NCBI RefSeq assembly: GCF_009914755.1
Contig: NC_060939.1
Direction: 5' to 3' (one strand)
Source of the DNA: the human T2T-CHM13v2.0 reference genome, Homo sapiens
Length of the DNA stretch: 64,000 nt
Shown here piece by piece: positions 1 to 12,861 of the stretch. Under the pieces are notes generated by a model. That model was not told the DNA's origin. It saw nothing but the letters and a program-made list of their open reading frames with translations, and ran no database searches. Within the stretch, counting starts at the first letter, position 1; each line of letters opens with the position of its first letter. The translations under genes and the position numbers were made by a program.

Positions 1-1852
1 GGGCCTCCTCCGAGCAGTTGCTCTGCCCCGTTCCTCCACTGGAACGTCCCCTTGTCCAAGCTGGGGAAATGGCAGGCAGACAAAACTGTTGTGAGAGAGT
101 TCCAATTTAATCAACCTTAAATAAGCCATCTATTTTCCTGGAACAAGGATTTTTCTAAGCTGCCTTTTACATAATGAAATTACCCACATTTCAAATTCTT
201 TTCTCAGAGCCCCAGAGCTGAAACATTCGTTTCCTGTAAAATGAGGACCTCTAACCCCTTCCCCATTGCCGCGTATCCCAGGTTGGGGCTACTGATTATC
301 TCCTTTTTATTTGAACTCGCTTCACTCGAAGGACAAAGCATACGGGCCTTCAGCACTTGACCCTGCTGAAAATATTTAACATCTGAATTAAACCGACAGG
401 CTTTGCCAGAAATGCTCTTCGTATTTTATGTCTGAGGCTATTTTCCCCCAGCATTTAATCACTAAAACATAAGTAGATACAGACAACTCCGATGAATTGT
501 GTTCCCTGAACTAAATGCCATCAAGGAAATTCTTTATTTTCGCTTTTTCACAGTAAGTGTTATAAAGTGTTCTATACCCTTTGTTTCCCCTGCTGGAGTC
601 AATTATTCTGGAAACAAACATTATTGTTCACAATGAAGATCCAAGGGCTATTAGCGTGATCCAACAGCTGTACTGGGGGTGAACCCAGAAGCAATGAGGC
701 AGAGATGAGGGTGGAGGCGAGGAAGCTGGCTTTGATGGAAGATCAGAGACAATAAAATTATACAGCCATCTTTGTTTACTGCCCTTTCAGGATTAATGCC
801 AAAAGGCCCATTCCACAACAATTGACTGCAAAAAGGAATAATGGGGCTTACTGGACATTTCCAGAAGGCATGTCTAGACCGGCTTTTTCCCAGTGAATAA
901 GTCAACAATATTTATCAGGCACCATCATCATATAAAGCATGCTGCATGGTGCTGCCAGCATATAGAGAAAAAGACAAAACACAATGCCTTTCCTAAAAAT
1001 GATCTGTATTCTTCTCACTGGTGAGCCCAGTGCCTATTTCATGCAAAGTAATGAGCTGGACACCACAGCCCATAAGGAAAAATAAAGTCTCGCCCTGGGC
1101 TACAGGAGGCATGTTCTAGAGTGCCTGTCCCACTCCCGTCCAGCCTGTGGCTTTGGTGGCTGTGTTTGGTCTGGGTGGTCTTGTGGCCACAGCTGGACTG
1201 AATAGAGCAAAACATACATCCTAGGGATCCCATTAACCGTTCTAAGGTCTGGCAGAAAACAGTGGTGGTCTCTCTTGAAAAGCTGGGCCACAAGACACAG
1301 AGCAGGCAGATGTGGTCAACACAGCAGCTCTAACACCACGTGGACTCAGCTTACAAAAGAGGCCAGACAACAGGAGGAGATGGAAGCAGAGACGAGTAAG
1401 ATCCTATGCACCCGGTGTGGCCAGGGCTGCGGATGACCTCAGGGCTCCTGAGAAATAGGGAGGATCTTGGGTCCTTCCCTCGAGGTTTCAATTTGCAAGT
1501 TCTCCCGCAAAAAGGGGCTCTGAAGGGACACTTGGAGGAGCTCAGCAAGGGCCCTTGAGTTGGGGTGCAGTGGGCTGTGTCTGGCCCATGCCTGAGGATC
1601 TAAAGAAAGGATCTCCTGGAGCTGAGGCAGAAGGTCAGGGACCCAGAGAGGAATCCACAGGCTAGAGCTTGTCTTGGGAACATTTTAAAAGAGGTCATGC
1701 CACCAAGAGGTCTGTGTGAGGTGAGCATCACCCTCTTCCTGAGGGCCTTTGCCTCTGAAGGACCCGCAGGCACATGCTTGTGATGAAGAGGCAGCTCTGG
1801 AGATTGGCCAGATGCAGGGAGCTAACAGTAACTCATGGTATCGTGAGTCAAG

Positions 1853-2231
1853 GCTGGGGACTGCCCTGTGCCCTCCAGAATTCATATGTTGAGACCTTAA
1901 CCCCCAATGTAATGGTATTTGGAGATGGGTCCTTTGGTAGATAATTAGGTTTAGATGACGTCCTCAGGGTGGAGCCCTCATGATAGGAATAATGCCCCTA
2001 TAAGAAGAAACCGCAGGGAGCTGGCTCTGTCTCCTTCCTCCATGTAAGCACACAGTAAGAAGGCAGCCATCTGTAACCCAGAAAGACAGCTCTCCCCACG
2101 ACCCAGAACCCAGTCATCCTGGCACCTCCATCTGGGACTGCCCAGCCTCCAGAGCTACAAGAAATCAATGTCTGTGATTTTAGCCACCTAGGCTGTGGTG
2201 TTCTTTAAGGCAGCCTGAACCACCTAAGACA
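1853..2231 (+). mobile_element. MaLR solo LTR (MLT1A-like)
   Basis: aattcatatgttgaga..ggtatttggagatggg..gtgattttagccacc..taagaca pattern. Confidence 0.8.
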
Positions 2232-2679
2232 TTAAGTGAAGTTATTCTTACCTCTTTTCCCTGTTTCTCTCCCCCAAGCTCTAGCCTTGAGGGAGGCAGA
2301 AGCCAGAACTTGAAACCTGTGGGAAGAGAAGCAAGCAAATGAGCTGAGCCCATGCCCTCGCCTGGGCCATATGGCTGGCTCTAGTTGGGGAGGAGAGATG
2401 CTCTGACTTTCATCAGAGTCAGAGTGCTCAGTATTACACTGGAGCGGGCATCTCCATGCCTGCTGAAGACTGTGTTTGCTGCAGAAGCTGTAGGAGCTCC
2501 TATAACCTCAGAAGGACTTTCAGGCCACAGAGCCCAGGCACCATGGGAAAGTCCATACTCAGAAGGAACAGTGGGGAGAAAATCAAGTCATATTTTGATC
2601 ACATTCCCACGTCATGCTTGTGCACAAAACCAATGTGAAGAAACTGGGAAAGTCACATGGGGAGGTGGCCCCTCCCAAC

Positions 2680-2812
2680 ATCCAATCACCTTCAACTGAT
2701 TGGATGAGGCCCACCCACATTGTGGCAGACCATGTTTTACCCAGAGCTCGTCAATCTAAATGTTCTTCTACCCAAAAACACCCTCCAGTTGACACATAAA
2801 ATTCACCACCAC
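2680..2812 (-). mobile_element. MLT2 (ERVL) LTR fragment
   Basis: ttcaactgattggatgaggcccacccacatt..agttgacacataaaattcaccaccaca terminus. Confidence 0.65.
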
Positions 2813-3884
2813 AAAGATCATCACAACACCCATCTGGCTCAGTTGCCCATGGGCACAGTGAAAGTGGACAGCTCCCCTCAGTGCAGAAGCATCAAAGGTC
2901 TCAGCCACTCAGGACTGGGCACACATTTCCTGGAAGAATCATGTGAGGAACTTGTGCAGATACCACCAGAAGCAGCATCCAGAACCTCTGAGGGCCAACC
3001 TGTAGCACAAAATCACATCCTTTAGGTGGAGACTTTAGAAACTTTCCAGCTGCATCCAGGAGTCAACCATGGGTTTCATTATCAGCTTAAGAGGGAAGAT
3101 TCTGGCATTCACTCACACAGTCAACATGGCTCAGGAGGGAGAATGTGGAAGATCGTCAAGATGTGCAGATGATAGGGTCCTTCCTGATAAAGGAACAATG
3201 ACTTAACTAGCAAATATGAAATTATTTCAGGACTCTGAGTTATCTAAATTCCTCTAGCCAGCCTGCAAAGTTCACTTATTGGGTGATCTAAGTGGACGAT
3301 AACACCTGTCTCATGTCTGCTTGATGTTTTACAAGGGCAAAATGTGTTCATATGCCTCCTCTTATGAAATCCTTAAAATCTTTCTCAAAGTCCTAATTTA
3401 GAAATTAGGAAATGAGATTAGGTGGTTAATCATAAGAGTGAGTGAGGACTTTAGCCAGCAGCCTCTGGCTCCAGGTCTGGCATCCTTTCCAGACCTCTCC
3501 CGAGGAGAGGCTGATGATTGCTCAAACTATAAGACGCCCAAGGCCACCACAGCAAGGACTGTTGCTCATCACCATACAGCAACCCCCAAGAGGGAAATCA
3601 ACCAGAAAGGGGTGATGCAATCAATCAAGGGTAAAGGGGCTGGGATTTTGAAGTGAAGGACATTCTGAACCTCTTCCCAGCAGGTCAGCAGAAGGCACAC
3701 AAAGTGACTAAAGCAAATGCCTCATTCCTCATGTTACTGCAGCCCTGCTTTGCAGGGGAAATGTCTAAAGCCAAGCAGACCAGAGTGTTTTGGCCAAAGT
3801 GAGCTCCCCAGATAGAGTTGGAAGGATCCACATGTACTAACAAGACTTGCCGTGATAAACAGAATGCTGAGAAGACCCCCAAGC

Positions 3885-4396
3885 TTCCCTCTCCCTGGTA
3901 TACGCACACTTTCCCCCAGATATTCAATCCAGCACTAATCCAGATGCTTCCATAAAGGGATTTTTACAGGTGTAATGAAGGTCCCAAATCAGTTGATCTT
4001 AAGAACAGGAGGTTATCCTGACTGAGTGTGACCTAATCAGCTGAGCCCTTAGAAGGGGCAGAGCTCTTCCTAGCAAAAGAGACTCAAAGCATGAGAGGGG
4101 TTCCATGCAAGGGAGGTTCTCAGTGGCTGGCTTTGATGATGGAGGGACCATAGGTCAAGGAATGTGGGTGACTTCTAGGAGCTGAGAGAACCCCCAGCTG
4201 AAAACCAGCAAAGACAGAGACTGAGCGTGGAGGTGGATTTTTCCCCAGGTGCACTGGCCTGGCCACCTCCCCAAGCACAGAATTCAGTCCTGTTGCATCC
4301 AGACTTCTGTCTTACGGAACCATGAGCTAGTAAGTGGGTTGCCCGAAGTACCTAAGTATGTGGTCATTTCTTACACAGCAATAGAAAATGAGCACA
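3885..4396 (+). mobile_element. MaLR LTR (MLT1E-like)
   Basis: aaggtcccaaatcagttgatcttaag..gacctaatcagctgagccctt..gcaatagaaaatgagcaca. Confidence 0.75.
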
Positions 4397-4399
4397 ATT

Positions 4400-4550
4400 G
4401 CAAATGCCTACTCATTGCTCCCTCTTTGCCAGGCAGCTATACGTTTAGTTAATTAAATTAATCCTCACAACACTATGAGGTGCACACACTTATCATCCCA
4501 ATTTTACCAGTGAGGAAATCAGGGTACCAGAGACTAAGCCAGTTCTTACA
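4400..4550 (-). mobile_element. MIR SINE
   Basis: ttaatcctcacaacactatgagg..attttaccagtgaggaaatcagg core. Confidence 0.7.
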
Positions 4551-4735
4551 TATTAATACTTTTTCTAACCTGAAATTCTGGGAGGCTGTCAGCCTCCCCA
4601 CAGGGCCCTGTTTTGCTTTCCCAACTTTCATCTTTGTATCTGTAACTAGTCTGAGGGGTGCCCGCCTCCCACCCCTGCTATCAGGACTCTGGGCTGACCT
4701 TCTAGGCTAACAGAGAGACAGAGAATGAAGGGTGC

Positions 4736-5572
4736 TGTATTAGTTTGCTACGGCAGTATATTAGTCAGGGTTCTCTAGAGGCACAGAATAGGCTAGATGC
4801 ATATATGAAAGGGAGTTTATTAAGGAGGATTGACAATGCAGCCTTCAGTCTGTGGCCAAAGGCCTGAGAGTCCCTGGCAAACCACTGGTGTAAGTCCAAG
4901 AGTCCAAAAGGTGAAGAACTTGGAGTCCAATGTTCAAAGGCATGAAGCATCCAGCGCTGGAGAAAGATGAAGGCCAGAAGACTCAACAAGTCCACCCTCA
5001 TTCAACTTCCTTCTGCCTGCTTTATCCTAGCTGCGCTGGCAGCTGATTAGATAGTCCCACCCAGATTGAGGGTGGGTCTGCCTCTCTCGGTCCACTGACT
5101 GAAATGTTAATCTCCTTGGGCAACACTCTCACAGACACACCCAGGAACAATACCTTGCATCTTTCAGTACAATCAGGTTGACACTCAATATTAACCACCA
5201 CAGGCAGCCTCAACAAAGTACCATAGACTGGGTAGCTTAAACAACAGAAGTTGATTTCCTCATAGTTTTGGAGGGTGGAAGTCCAAAACCAAGGCATCAG
5301 CAGGGTTGCTTCTTCCAGAGACCCCTCTCTCTGTCTTGCAGACGGCCACCGTCCCCACCCCCCACCCCGTGTCTCCATATGACCTCCCTCTGCACATGTG
5401 TGTGTGTGTGTCCAAATTTCCTCTACTTATTAGCATACTAGTCACATCAGATGACTTCATTTAACCCTAATCACATTTTTAAGGGCCCTGTCTCCAAATA
5501 CAGTAGTCACATTCTGAGATACTGGAGATTAGAATTTCAACATATGAGTTTTAGAAGCACAACATTCAGCCC
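4736..5572 (-). mobile_element. MLT1 (A/B/C-type) LTR interrupted by MLT2A
   Basis: tgtattagtttgcta start, resumes at 5208 with aaagtaccatagactgggtagcttaaacaacag..tttcaacatatgagtttt. Confidence 0.8.
4757..5202 (-). mobile_element. MLT2A (probably MLT2A2; HERV-L) solo LTR with 5-bp TSD GGCAG
   Basis: Minus strand begins tgtggtggttaatattgagtgtcaac; TSD at 4752-4756 and 5203-5207. Confidence 0.9.
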
Positions 5573-7254
5573 AAAAAAGACACCAAGTTCAAACTCAGAG
5601 GCTTGAACAAACTTGTCAGAGCCCAAGTGAAAGGCCACCTCAGAGCTCCTCCCAGCCATTCGTCAACTAATAGCCAGCAGAGCCAAAGGTTCCCAAATTC
5701 CATCACCACTATCTCCCCCAACCTCTTCCCTCACCTGTGCTCCGGACCCTCAGCACCAGGCCATCATTTCCTGCCCTGCACTCCAAGACACGTGGCCCCA
5801 CAGAGCCCAGGGATCACGCCAGGTAGTGGACTGTAACCAGCTGGTCTCACTGGAATTTCAAAGGAGAGCAACATTTAACAGTTCAAGCGGGGCCAAAGGC
5901 TGACATTAAGCAAATTTCAAGGGTTATTTGAAGTTAATTGAGTTTAATCATATAATGATTTTATAATTAGTCATAGTGTTCTTGTTTCTAGGAGGGTGGA
6001 CCTGAGCTCTAAAGAAAAGGGCTGAATTGAGCAGGGAAGGGGCCCGGGCCGCAGTGGTGGGAAGCAGGTAGGGCCCCGGTGGAGGACGTGCTGTGCGGAT
6101 GAACCCACAGAAATGCACAAGTGTGTTGGGTCCCAAACCGCACCAGCCTGAGCTGGGATCCCGAACTCGCGCTCCATCTGCTGGTGCTTCCTGCTTTTTC
6201 AAACTCCTTACTTGGGAGTACATCTCATCTGTGTTGAGATGGAGGCTTGTTGCAAGCGAGTGGCACAATAAAACGTCCAAGGTGACCAGGATCATTGTGA
6301 ACTCCGCAAATGCTGCTTCGGATCCAGCCATGAGATCTGCAGGGCTATTAACCTAACGGACCAGTAGCTTTGAACTTCTGGGCAATTATGAAGGATTTCT
6401 GTTTGCCGGGCTTCCATCCCTGTAGGTCTTTGAGGTCGGTGCCGTGAGGGCCCCATGGGCCTCTCACCCAAGCTGACTCTGGGCTGTAGGTTTTGCTTCC
6501 AATGCCACAACATTTAGCCCTTGGGGCCTCATCGCATCCCTGAATAATGGAATTGGGAATCACTCATGGGAAGTCCTGCAAACGCGTTGTGAGATGGGCT
6601 TCTCAGGAAGAGCCCAACTGTCCGGGGTGGGGGGAGTCAGACTGACCAGGGTGACAACATCCAGCGCATCACCATGTGTGTGGGTCCCCAAAAATCAGGG
6701 AATGTTTTCTCTGAAGTTCATGATCACCAAGTGGGAGAGCAGTAGGAAGAAAACCACCATTTATCACAAAAGGACTATTGTTCAGACACTGTGCTCTCTC
6801 ATTTCTTTCCCACGGCCGCTTTTGGGGACCACAAATGAAGAGAGGCTCACAGAAGCAAAGTCACCTGCCTGAGGCCACACACTCAGTTCCAGGCCATCCG
6901 ACGCCAGCATCAGTGGCAGGGCACCGTGCCATGCCAGCCAGCGCACATAAAGAAGGCAAGGTGGGGAAGCTGGGTAGGTTCCGGTAGAAACACCCCATCC
7001 CTGCACAGACACCTGCGACACCATCAACCTGAGACGTCCACCCACTGTCCGCCACAGGAAAGTCTAAGGGTTGCATCAGAACCACACTCATACTTTTCTT
7101 TGCCTCCCAGGCCCTTTCCCACAGAAGGATCAAGTTAACCACACGAATATAATTTCAGGGAAATGAATCAATGAGACAACGGTATAGAAAACACTGCGTG
7201 TAAACTCCAACCTCTTATTTAATTATTTGATGATCGAAATACTAAAGATGCCCC

Positions 7255-7620
7255 ATGCAACCCAAATGCCTGTCGACGGATGACTGGATGGATCATACAT
7301 ACATACGAGGGGATTATTATTCAGCCTTAAAAATAAAGGAGATTCTACTATGCAGCCATAAAAAAGAATGAGATCATGTCCTTTGCAGGGACATGGATGA
7401 AGCTAGAAGCCATCATCCTCAGCAAACTAACACAGGAACAGAAAACCAAATACCTCATGTTCTCAGTTTTCGGTTTCAGTGTTGCAAAACAATAAGAGTT
7501 CTGGAGATGGATGGTGCTGGTGGTGGCTGCACAGCCATGTGAATGTACTTAATACCCTGAACTGTACACTTAAAGTAGTAAGATGATAGATTGTATGTCA
7601 TGCATAGTTTACCACACATA
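7255..7620 (+). mobile_element. L1MB-type 3' end with an embedded L1PA-like segment (about 7346-7465)
   Basis: caacccaaatgcctgtc..ttcagccttaaaa; tactatgcagccataaaaaagaatgagatcatgtcctttgcagggacatggatg; gagttctggagatggatggtg..gaactgtacacttaaa. Confidence 0.75.
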
Positions 7621-8095
7621 ACCTTGGGCTAAAAAAAAAGGCACTGTGCACGTCACAGTTGCACTGTTCCCAGAGCTCCTAGACACCCCTTCAAGGCCAG
7701 CCACCCTGAATAGAATCTCTGTTTCTGGAACAAGTAAAGTGAGGCTGCAGATCCCAAGGCCAGCCTGTCTGAGCTCCTTCCTCACCCTATAGAAGTTTGT
7801 CCTGAATGGAGACTGAGCCTCTGACTTGGACTTTACCGGGACAGCTTATCCTGTACAAGGTCAGTTCACCATCGGCTACTGGGGCCTCTGGGGCTTCTGG
7901 CCAGGCCCCTCCTCCCCTGCCCCAGGCTGCTGTTGCTGCTGCTCACGAACTTTTCTCCTTCTTTTCCTAGGCATCCCCAAGTCTGATGAAAACTGGGACA
8001 TGCTCAAGCCACACTCTAGGTGTTGTAAATGGGGCTGTGACTACACATATGCAGGACACAGTGCAGAATGATGCAGGCTGTCTCTCTCCCTCTCT

Positions 8096-8097
<2 letters not shown>

Positions 8098-8130
<33 letters not shown>
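8098..8130 (+). repeat. (CA)n microsatellite
   Basis: Direct reading. Confidence 0.95.
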
Positions 8131-8135
<5 letters not shown>

Positions 8136-10319
8136 CACCCACAAAAAAATACTACACAGTTCCCAAGAGGCCATACCTACAACATTGAGGTAAAGGGGTA
8201 TCTGTTGGCCTCCCCTAGCTCCAGGCTGCGATTAGTGCATTCAGTACCTGTTTAGTAAGGGACCCAGCATAACAGTGGATAAGACACAGCTCTGTCCTCA
8301 AGGATCCCAACGTCTCCAGAAAAGCCCAGCATTAAAGTTGGGATAGCAATACAAAGACATGGGGTGAGGGTAGGGGGAGCCCCCAGTCCTCCTGAACACA
8401 GAGAGGGGCTCCAACCTGGGCCTTGGGAAGGAGCAGGAAGATTGATAAGGTAGCCACGACCTGGAGTCTCGAAAGACAAGAAATTCAGGTAGGCACAGAG
8501 GAAGAGTGGCCCAGGGCGCAGCAACAGCTCGTGGGGAGACAGGCCAGTGAGAAACACTATCTCTCCCACCAGACTCTCCCCTCCCTTCCTGAGTCTCGCT
8601 CGTGAGCTGAGGGACTTGCTCACTAAAGTCCTGCCTTCCATGTCCTCATCCATAGAGGGAGGCAGACAATCTCTCTCCTGCAAGGGGAATTGCTAGCAGT
8701 CCCAGAAACTGTGTGGGGAGTTATGAGGCCCTTTCCCTACAAGGGGATCTTCTGCTGCCGTCTCCCACTCCCAACACCCCCAGCCACCTGTGCTCTTCAT
8801 TTCCGAGCAGAATGGGACTGCCCTTGTTGCTTCTCCAAATCTCCAGGCTTATGCTGTTTCGCCTTCAGCCCTACTTGTCTCCGTCACCAGACACATGTGC
8901 ACTCACATGTACAACACACATGCACATAAGAACACTGCACACGTGTGCACACACAAACATGCACACAAGTATGTGCACATACACACACCTACACGTGCAC
9001 ACTCACACAGTTAATCCCTCAACTGGATTACATGGACAGAATCCTGTCATCTTCCTGCTGCTCCCACCACTGCTGAGTCCTCAACGCAAGAGTTCAAAGA
9101 CTAGCTTAAAAAAAAAAAGTTGCTGAGAACACTTGCCCTATCCCAAGAGATTTTACTTTTGGTGGACCTGGGGCTAGAAGTCTAAGGTTTTGACTGATGA
9201 CTTTGAGGTGGGTGAGTAGGTGGAACTGGGTCACTCCTTCCTTCTCCTCCTACCCCAGGTGCATTTTCTCTTGCCCTGTGCTTCCAGGTACCTGAAGGTG
9301 CCAGAGGTTGCTCTCTCACTGTCTACATTTTGCTGGCTTTTACAGAAGAAACCATTTTAAAGCACCATTGAGGGTAACATCCATCAGTCGTGTGCTCATG
9401 ACAATCATTAAAGCATGTCACCCAAGTGGAACTGGTATTGTTGATCAATCTTGACTATCTAGCAATCTGCCCACGCAGGTGTGTGGCATCCAACGTCCAC
9501 ACTCTTTCCCTACCAGACAATGCCCACCAAGACCTCCCAGCAAGATATGTGATGAACCCTACTGGCTTTACTGTGGGCAACACAAGCCATTTCTTTTCAG
9601 ACATTCTGCGATTCTGACTCCCTTCCCACACCTGATGGCCCAACTTGTGGATTTTATAATGTCCACCAGCTCAGCCTGGCCACATTTCAGGATGGCAGCT
9701 TATGCCCAAGGTATCCACCACTGCCTAGTTTGGATGTTTTCAACTACAAGCAACAGACAACCTGGATTCCAACTGGTTTTAAAATATGGACATTGAATAT
9801 TTCCTGTTATAAACAGGACAGCCAGGTAGGATGTTGATCTACCAACTCTACAGAGCCTTCAGAAATTGTACTCTGCCATCCATGGTCTTAATGTCATCTT
9901 CACTCTGGTCCCCTGGAGATCCACCAATGGCTCCATCAGCAGCCTTCCATCAAGCAGATGGACCGTGTCATCCAGGTGGGCTGGAAGGTAGACAAGGTAG
10001 ACCACTTATATCCTGCAGGAGTGAGAACCCCTCCCACCTGAGTGGCCTCCAGCACTTTTCTGATTGGGCCAAGGAAGGTCCAATGTTCACCCCTTGACTC
10101 AGCACAGTCACCTGGGGTCGACCACACTTCCGCTTCCCATGGCTGTACCAAGGAGAAGCAGGGGAATTAACAAAATCTGAGTCCCTTAGAAAGAAGGAAG
10201 GGAAACTGGATACTGGGTAGGTGGCTGCAAGAGCCACAGCATTCCATATGACATTGACTCATCAAAACAGGCCTCAGACTCGGCCCCCTTGGCAGACAGA
10301 AAATAAGAAGCTGTTGCAT

Positions 10320-10617
10320 GGACCGGATACGGTGGCTCATGCCTGTAATCCCAGCACTTTGGGAGGCCAAGGCGGGTGGATCAGCTGAGGTCAGAAGTTC
10401 GAGACCAGCTTGACCAACATGGTGAAACCCTGTCTCTATCAAAAATACAAAAATTAGCTGGGCTTGGTGGTGGGCACCTGTAATCCAAGCTACTCGGGAG
10501 GCTGAAGCAGGATAATCGCTTGAACTCAGGAGGTTGCAGTGAGCCAAGATGGTGTCACTGCACTCCAGCCTGGGTGACACAGTGAGACTCCGTCTCAAAA
10601 AAAGTAAAAATAAAAAC
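10320..10617 (+). mobile_element. AluS
   Basis: Full dimeric Alu with A-tail; imperfect TSD aagctgttgcatg/aaactggtgcatg. Confidence 0.95.
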
Positions 10618-11802
10618 TGGTGCATGCCCTGCGCAGGGGACCCCCCAAAAAGAAAGGGGTTCATGGAGAGCTTTACAAGCAGATCCAGGCAAAGCCAGGC
10701 TTCCCGTCACAGAATGCTTCATTAGTCATAAGGATTTTCAGGACTTTTTGAAAGTACTTTGCTCCAAGCACCTGATTAAACATTAATGAAAGGTCAAGGT
10801 TGTGGTGCGAGGGACCTCTGTCTCTATTCCTCAAGAATTCTCCTCAACGCCCTTGCCTCCTCACTCCCCTGCCTCCCCGTCTGCCCCACTGTCCGAACGC
10901 TGAGAGACGGCGCCAACAACCTGCCTCTGCTTCCTTTGGAACGGGGCATTTCCAAAGCCTTGGTTTGTAGGAACAGTTTTAGGATTTGGGTCATTTGTGG
11001 CCCTAGGTTAGACAGTTTTGCTTCCCTGCAAAGCACTTACAGGCGAGAAAAAATGGATGGTCAACACGATGGGATTTCTGCATTCAAGGCCACCTTTCCT
11101 GTATGTTAGTATTATTGATCACCCACACCTCAGGGCGTGACAGGTAATCAATAGACCCTCTGACCCAGATATGTGACTTGGCCTGTGGGGGCTTTAAAAA
11201 CAAGAAGTGAACATGGCAACTCTGGTTCACGCTTTCATACACGAGAATTACATTTTTTTTCCCCAGAGCTGCAAAGCCGTTTCTGCTCAAATTACCCCAG
11301 CCAACTTAGGAGCACGTAATCAGAGGGTCCTTTTCATTTTTTCCTGCCGGATAGTTCTGCAACCAACCTCAAGCCATTAAGAGCAAGTGACAGGCCAAAC
11401 TTTGGGGGGAAAAAAATCTATTTATGCCCCCAAAGAGCTAGGATTCCATATCACCATTCCTTGGAAGGGGCCATTAACCTTCTAGATGTGGGAAATAATG
11501 ACACCACAGTGAGGGCAGGAGAAGAGGAAGGGGAAGGGGATGGAATATAGAAGCCATGGACACTGTGACCCTCATAAACAGAAGGATCATAGCTGGGGAT
11601 AATAACATTGACCCTCAGGCTGTGAATTTAGTGGAATGAGGGTCAGGGGGAGTGTGAAAAACTCATAAAGAAAAATAGAAGACAAAAAACTCTAAAACTA
11701 TCATCTCTTCCAGGAAGCCAGCCCTGACACAGCTTTATATCCTATCTAGACCAGAAGCCACCTCCTCAGTGGGCTCATACTTCCCTGGACATATCTGTAC
11801 CA

Positions 11803-11995
11803 TTGTGTGTGTGTGTGTACACATATGTATATGTGTACATATATGTATGTATATATGAATACATGTATGTACTTACAGCCTTCAGCCTTGGAGGAACAGC
11901 TGTGGGTGTACACATATGTATAGTATACATATATATACATACGTACACACACACACGCACACACACACACAGAGCTGTTCTTCCAAGGCTGTGAG
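11803..11995. repeat. Compound (TG/TA/CA)n microsatellite with an internal inverted repeat
   Basis: Direct reading; 19-bp arms at 11883-11901 and 11973-11991. Confidence 0.85.
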
Positions 11996-12089
11996 TCCAC
12001 TGAGGTTGAAGGCAGAAATCCTAACCAGTCCTTGTCTAAATCCCAATCCCAAACAAAACCCAGCACCTGACAGATTCTCATCAAAGCCT

Positions 12090-12570
12090 AAGGAATGCGT
12101 GAATGAGTTAATGAATGAGCAAATGAGTGAATGAATTTATGAAAGAGTGAATGCATGGATTAGTATGTGGATAAATACATGAATGAATTTATGAATGAAT
12201 GAATAAAAATGTGACATCCAACCAAACACAGAATGTCAACGGGCTAATACCATCAAGGATAATTTCTATAACATCCCTAAGGACAGAGGCACCTTTCATC
12301 CCTCTCCTAGAAATTTACAAAGGAGAGTTGGCTAGGTGCAATAAAAAAGAACATAGACTTTTACATCCAGAGTTGGGACCAAACCTGGGCTCCACTATCA
12401 AAGAGAGGTTAGGCAATCTATTTAAATAGGTTTACCCTGTTTGTCCCTCAGTGTTACCATCTGAGACATGGGAATAAGATACAGCCTCACTTATAGAGTT
12501 ATAGTAATAATTAGAGGTACTCATTGCCTGGCACATAGTTGGCACCCCATCAGTTGTCATTATCAATATT
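12090..12570 (+). mobile_element. L2-type (GAAT)n tail followed by MIR (about 12330-12570)
   Basis: gaatgaatgaat repeats; cctcagtgttaccatctgagacatggg..gcctggcacatagt. Confidence 0.65.
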
Positions 12571-12861
12571 AACCATGGAGTGGCCTGGCCAAAGCTGGGG
12601 CATCTGTTTTTAAGCCAGGAAGGGTTAACCTCACAAAGTATGCCAAGGTCATTCTCAGATATCAGACCACTGGGCACTGGGCTGAGTTGCCAAAGATATT
12701 AGTCCACAACATCCTCTTCCCAACCTTGAAAAGAATAATAAATTCTAATTGGCCATTAGTGAAAATTCGCACAAGAATTGTGAATTGACAAAACAGCAAA
12801 GGCACACTGCCTTTGTGCAAGCAAAGTTATGGTAAATATTAAGTTGCTGAAAATGCCAAAC

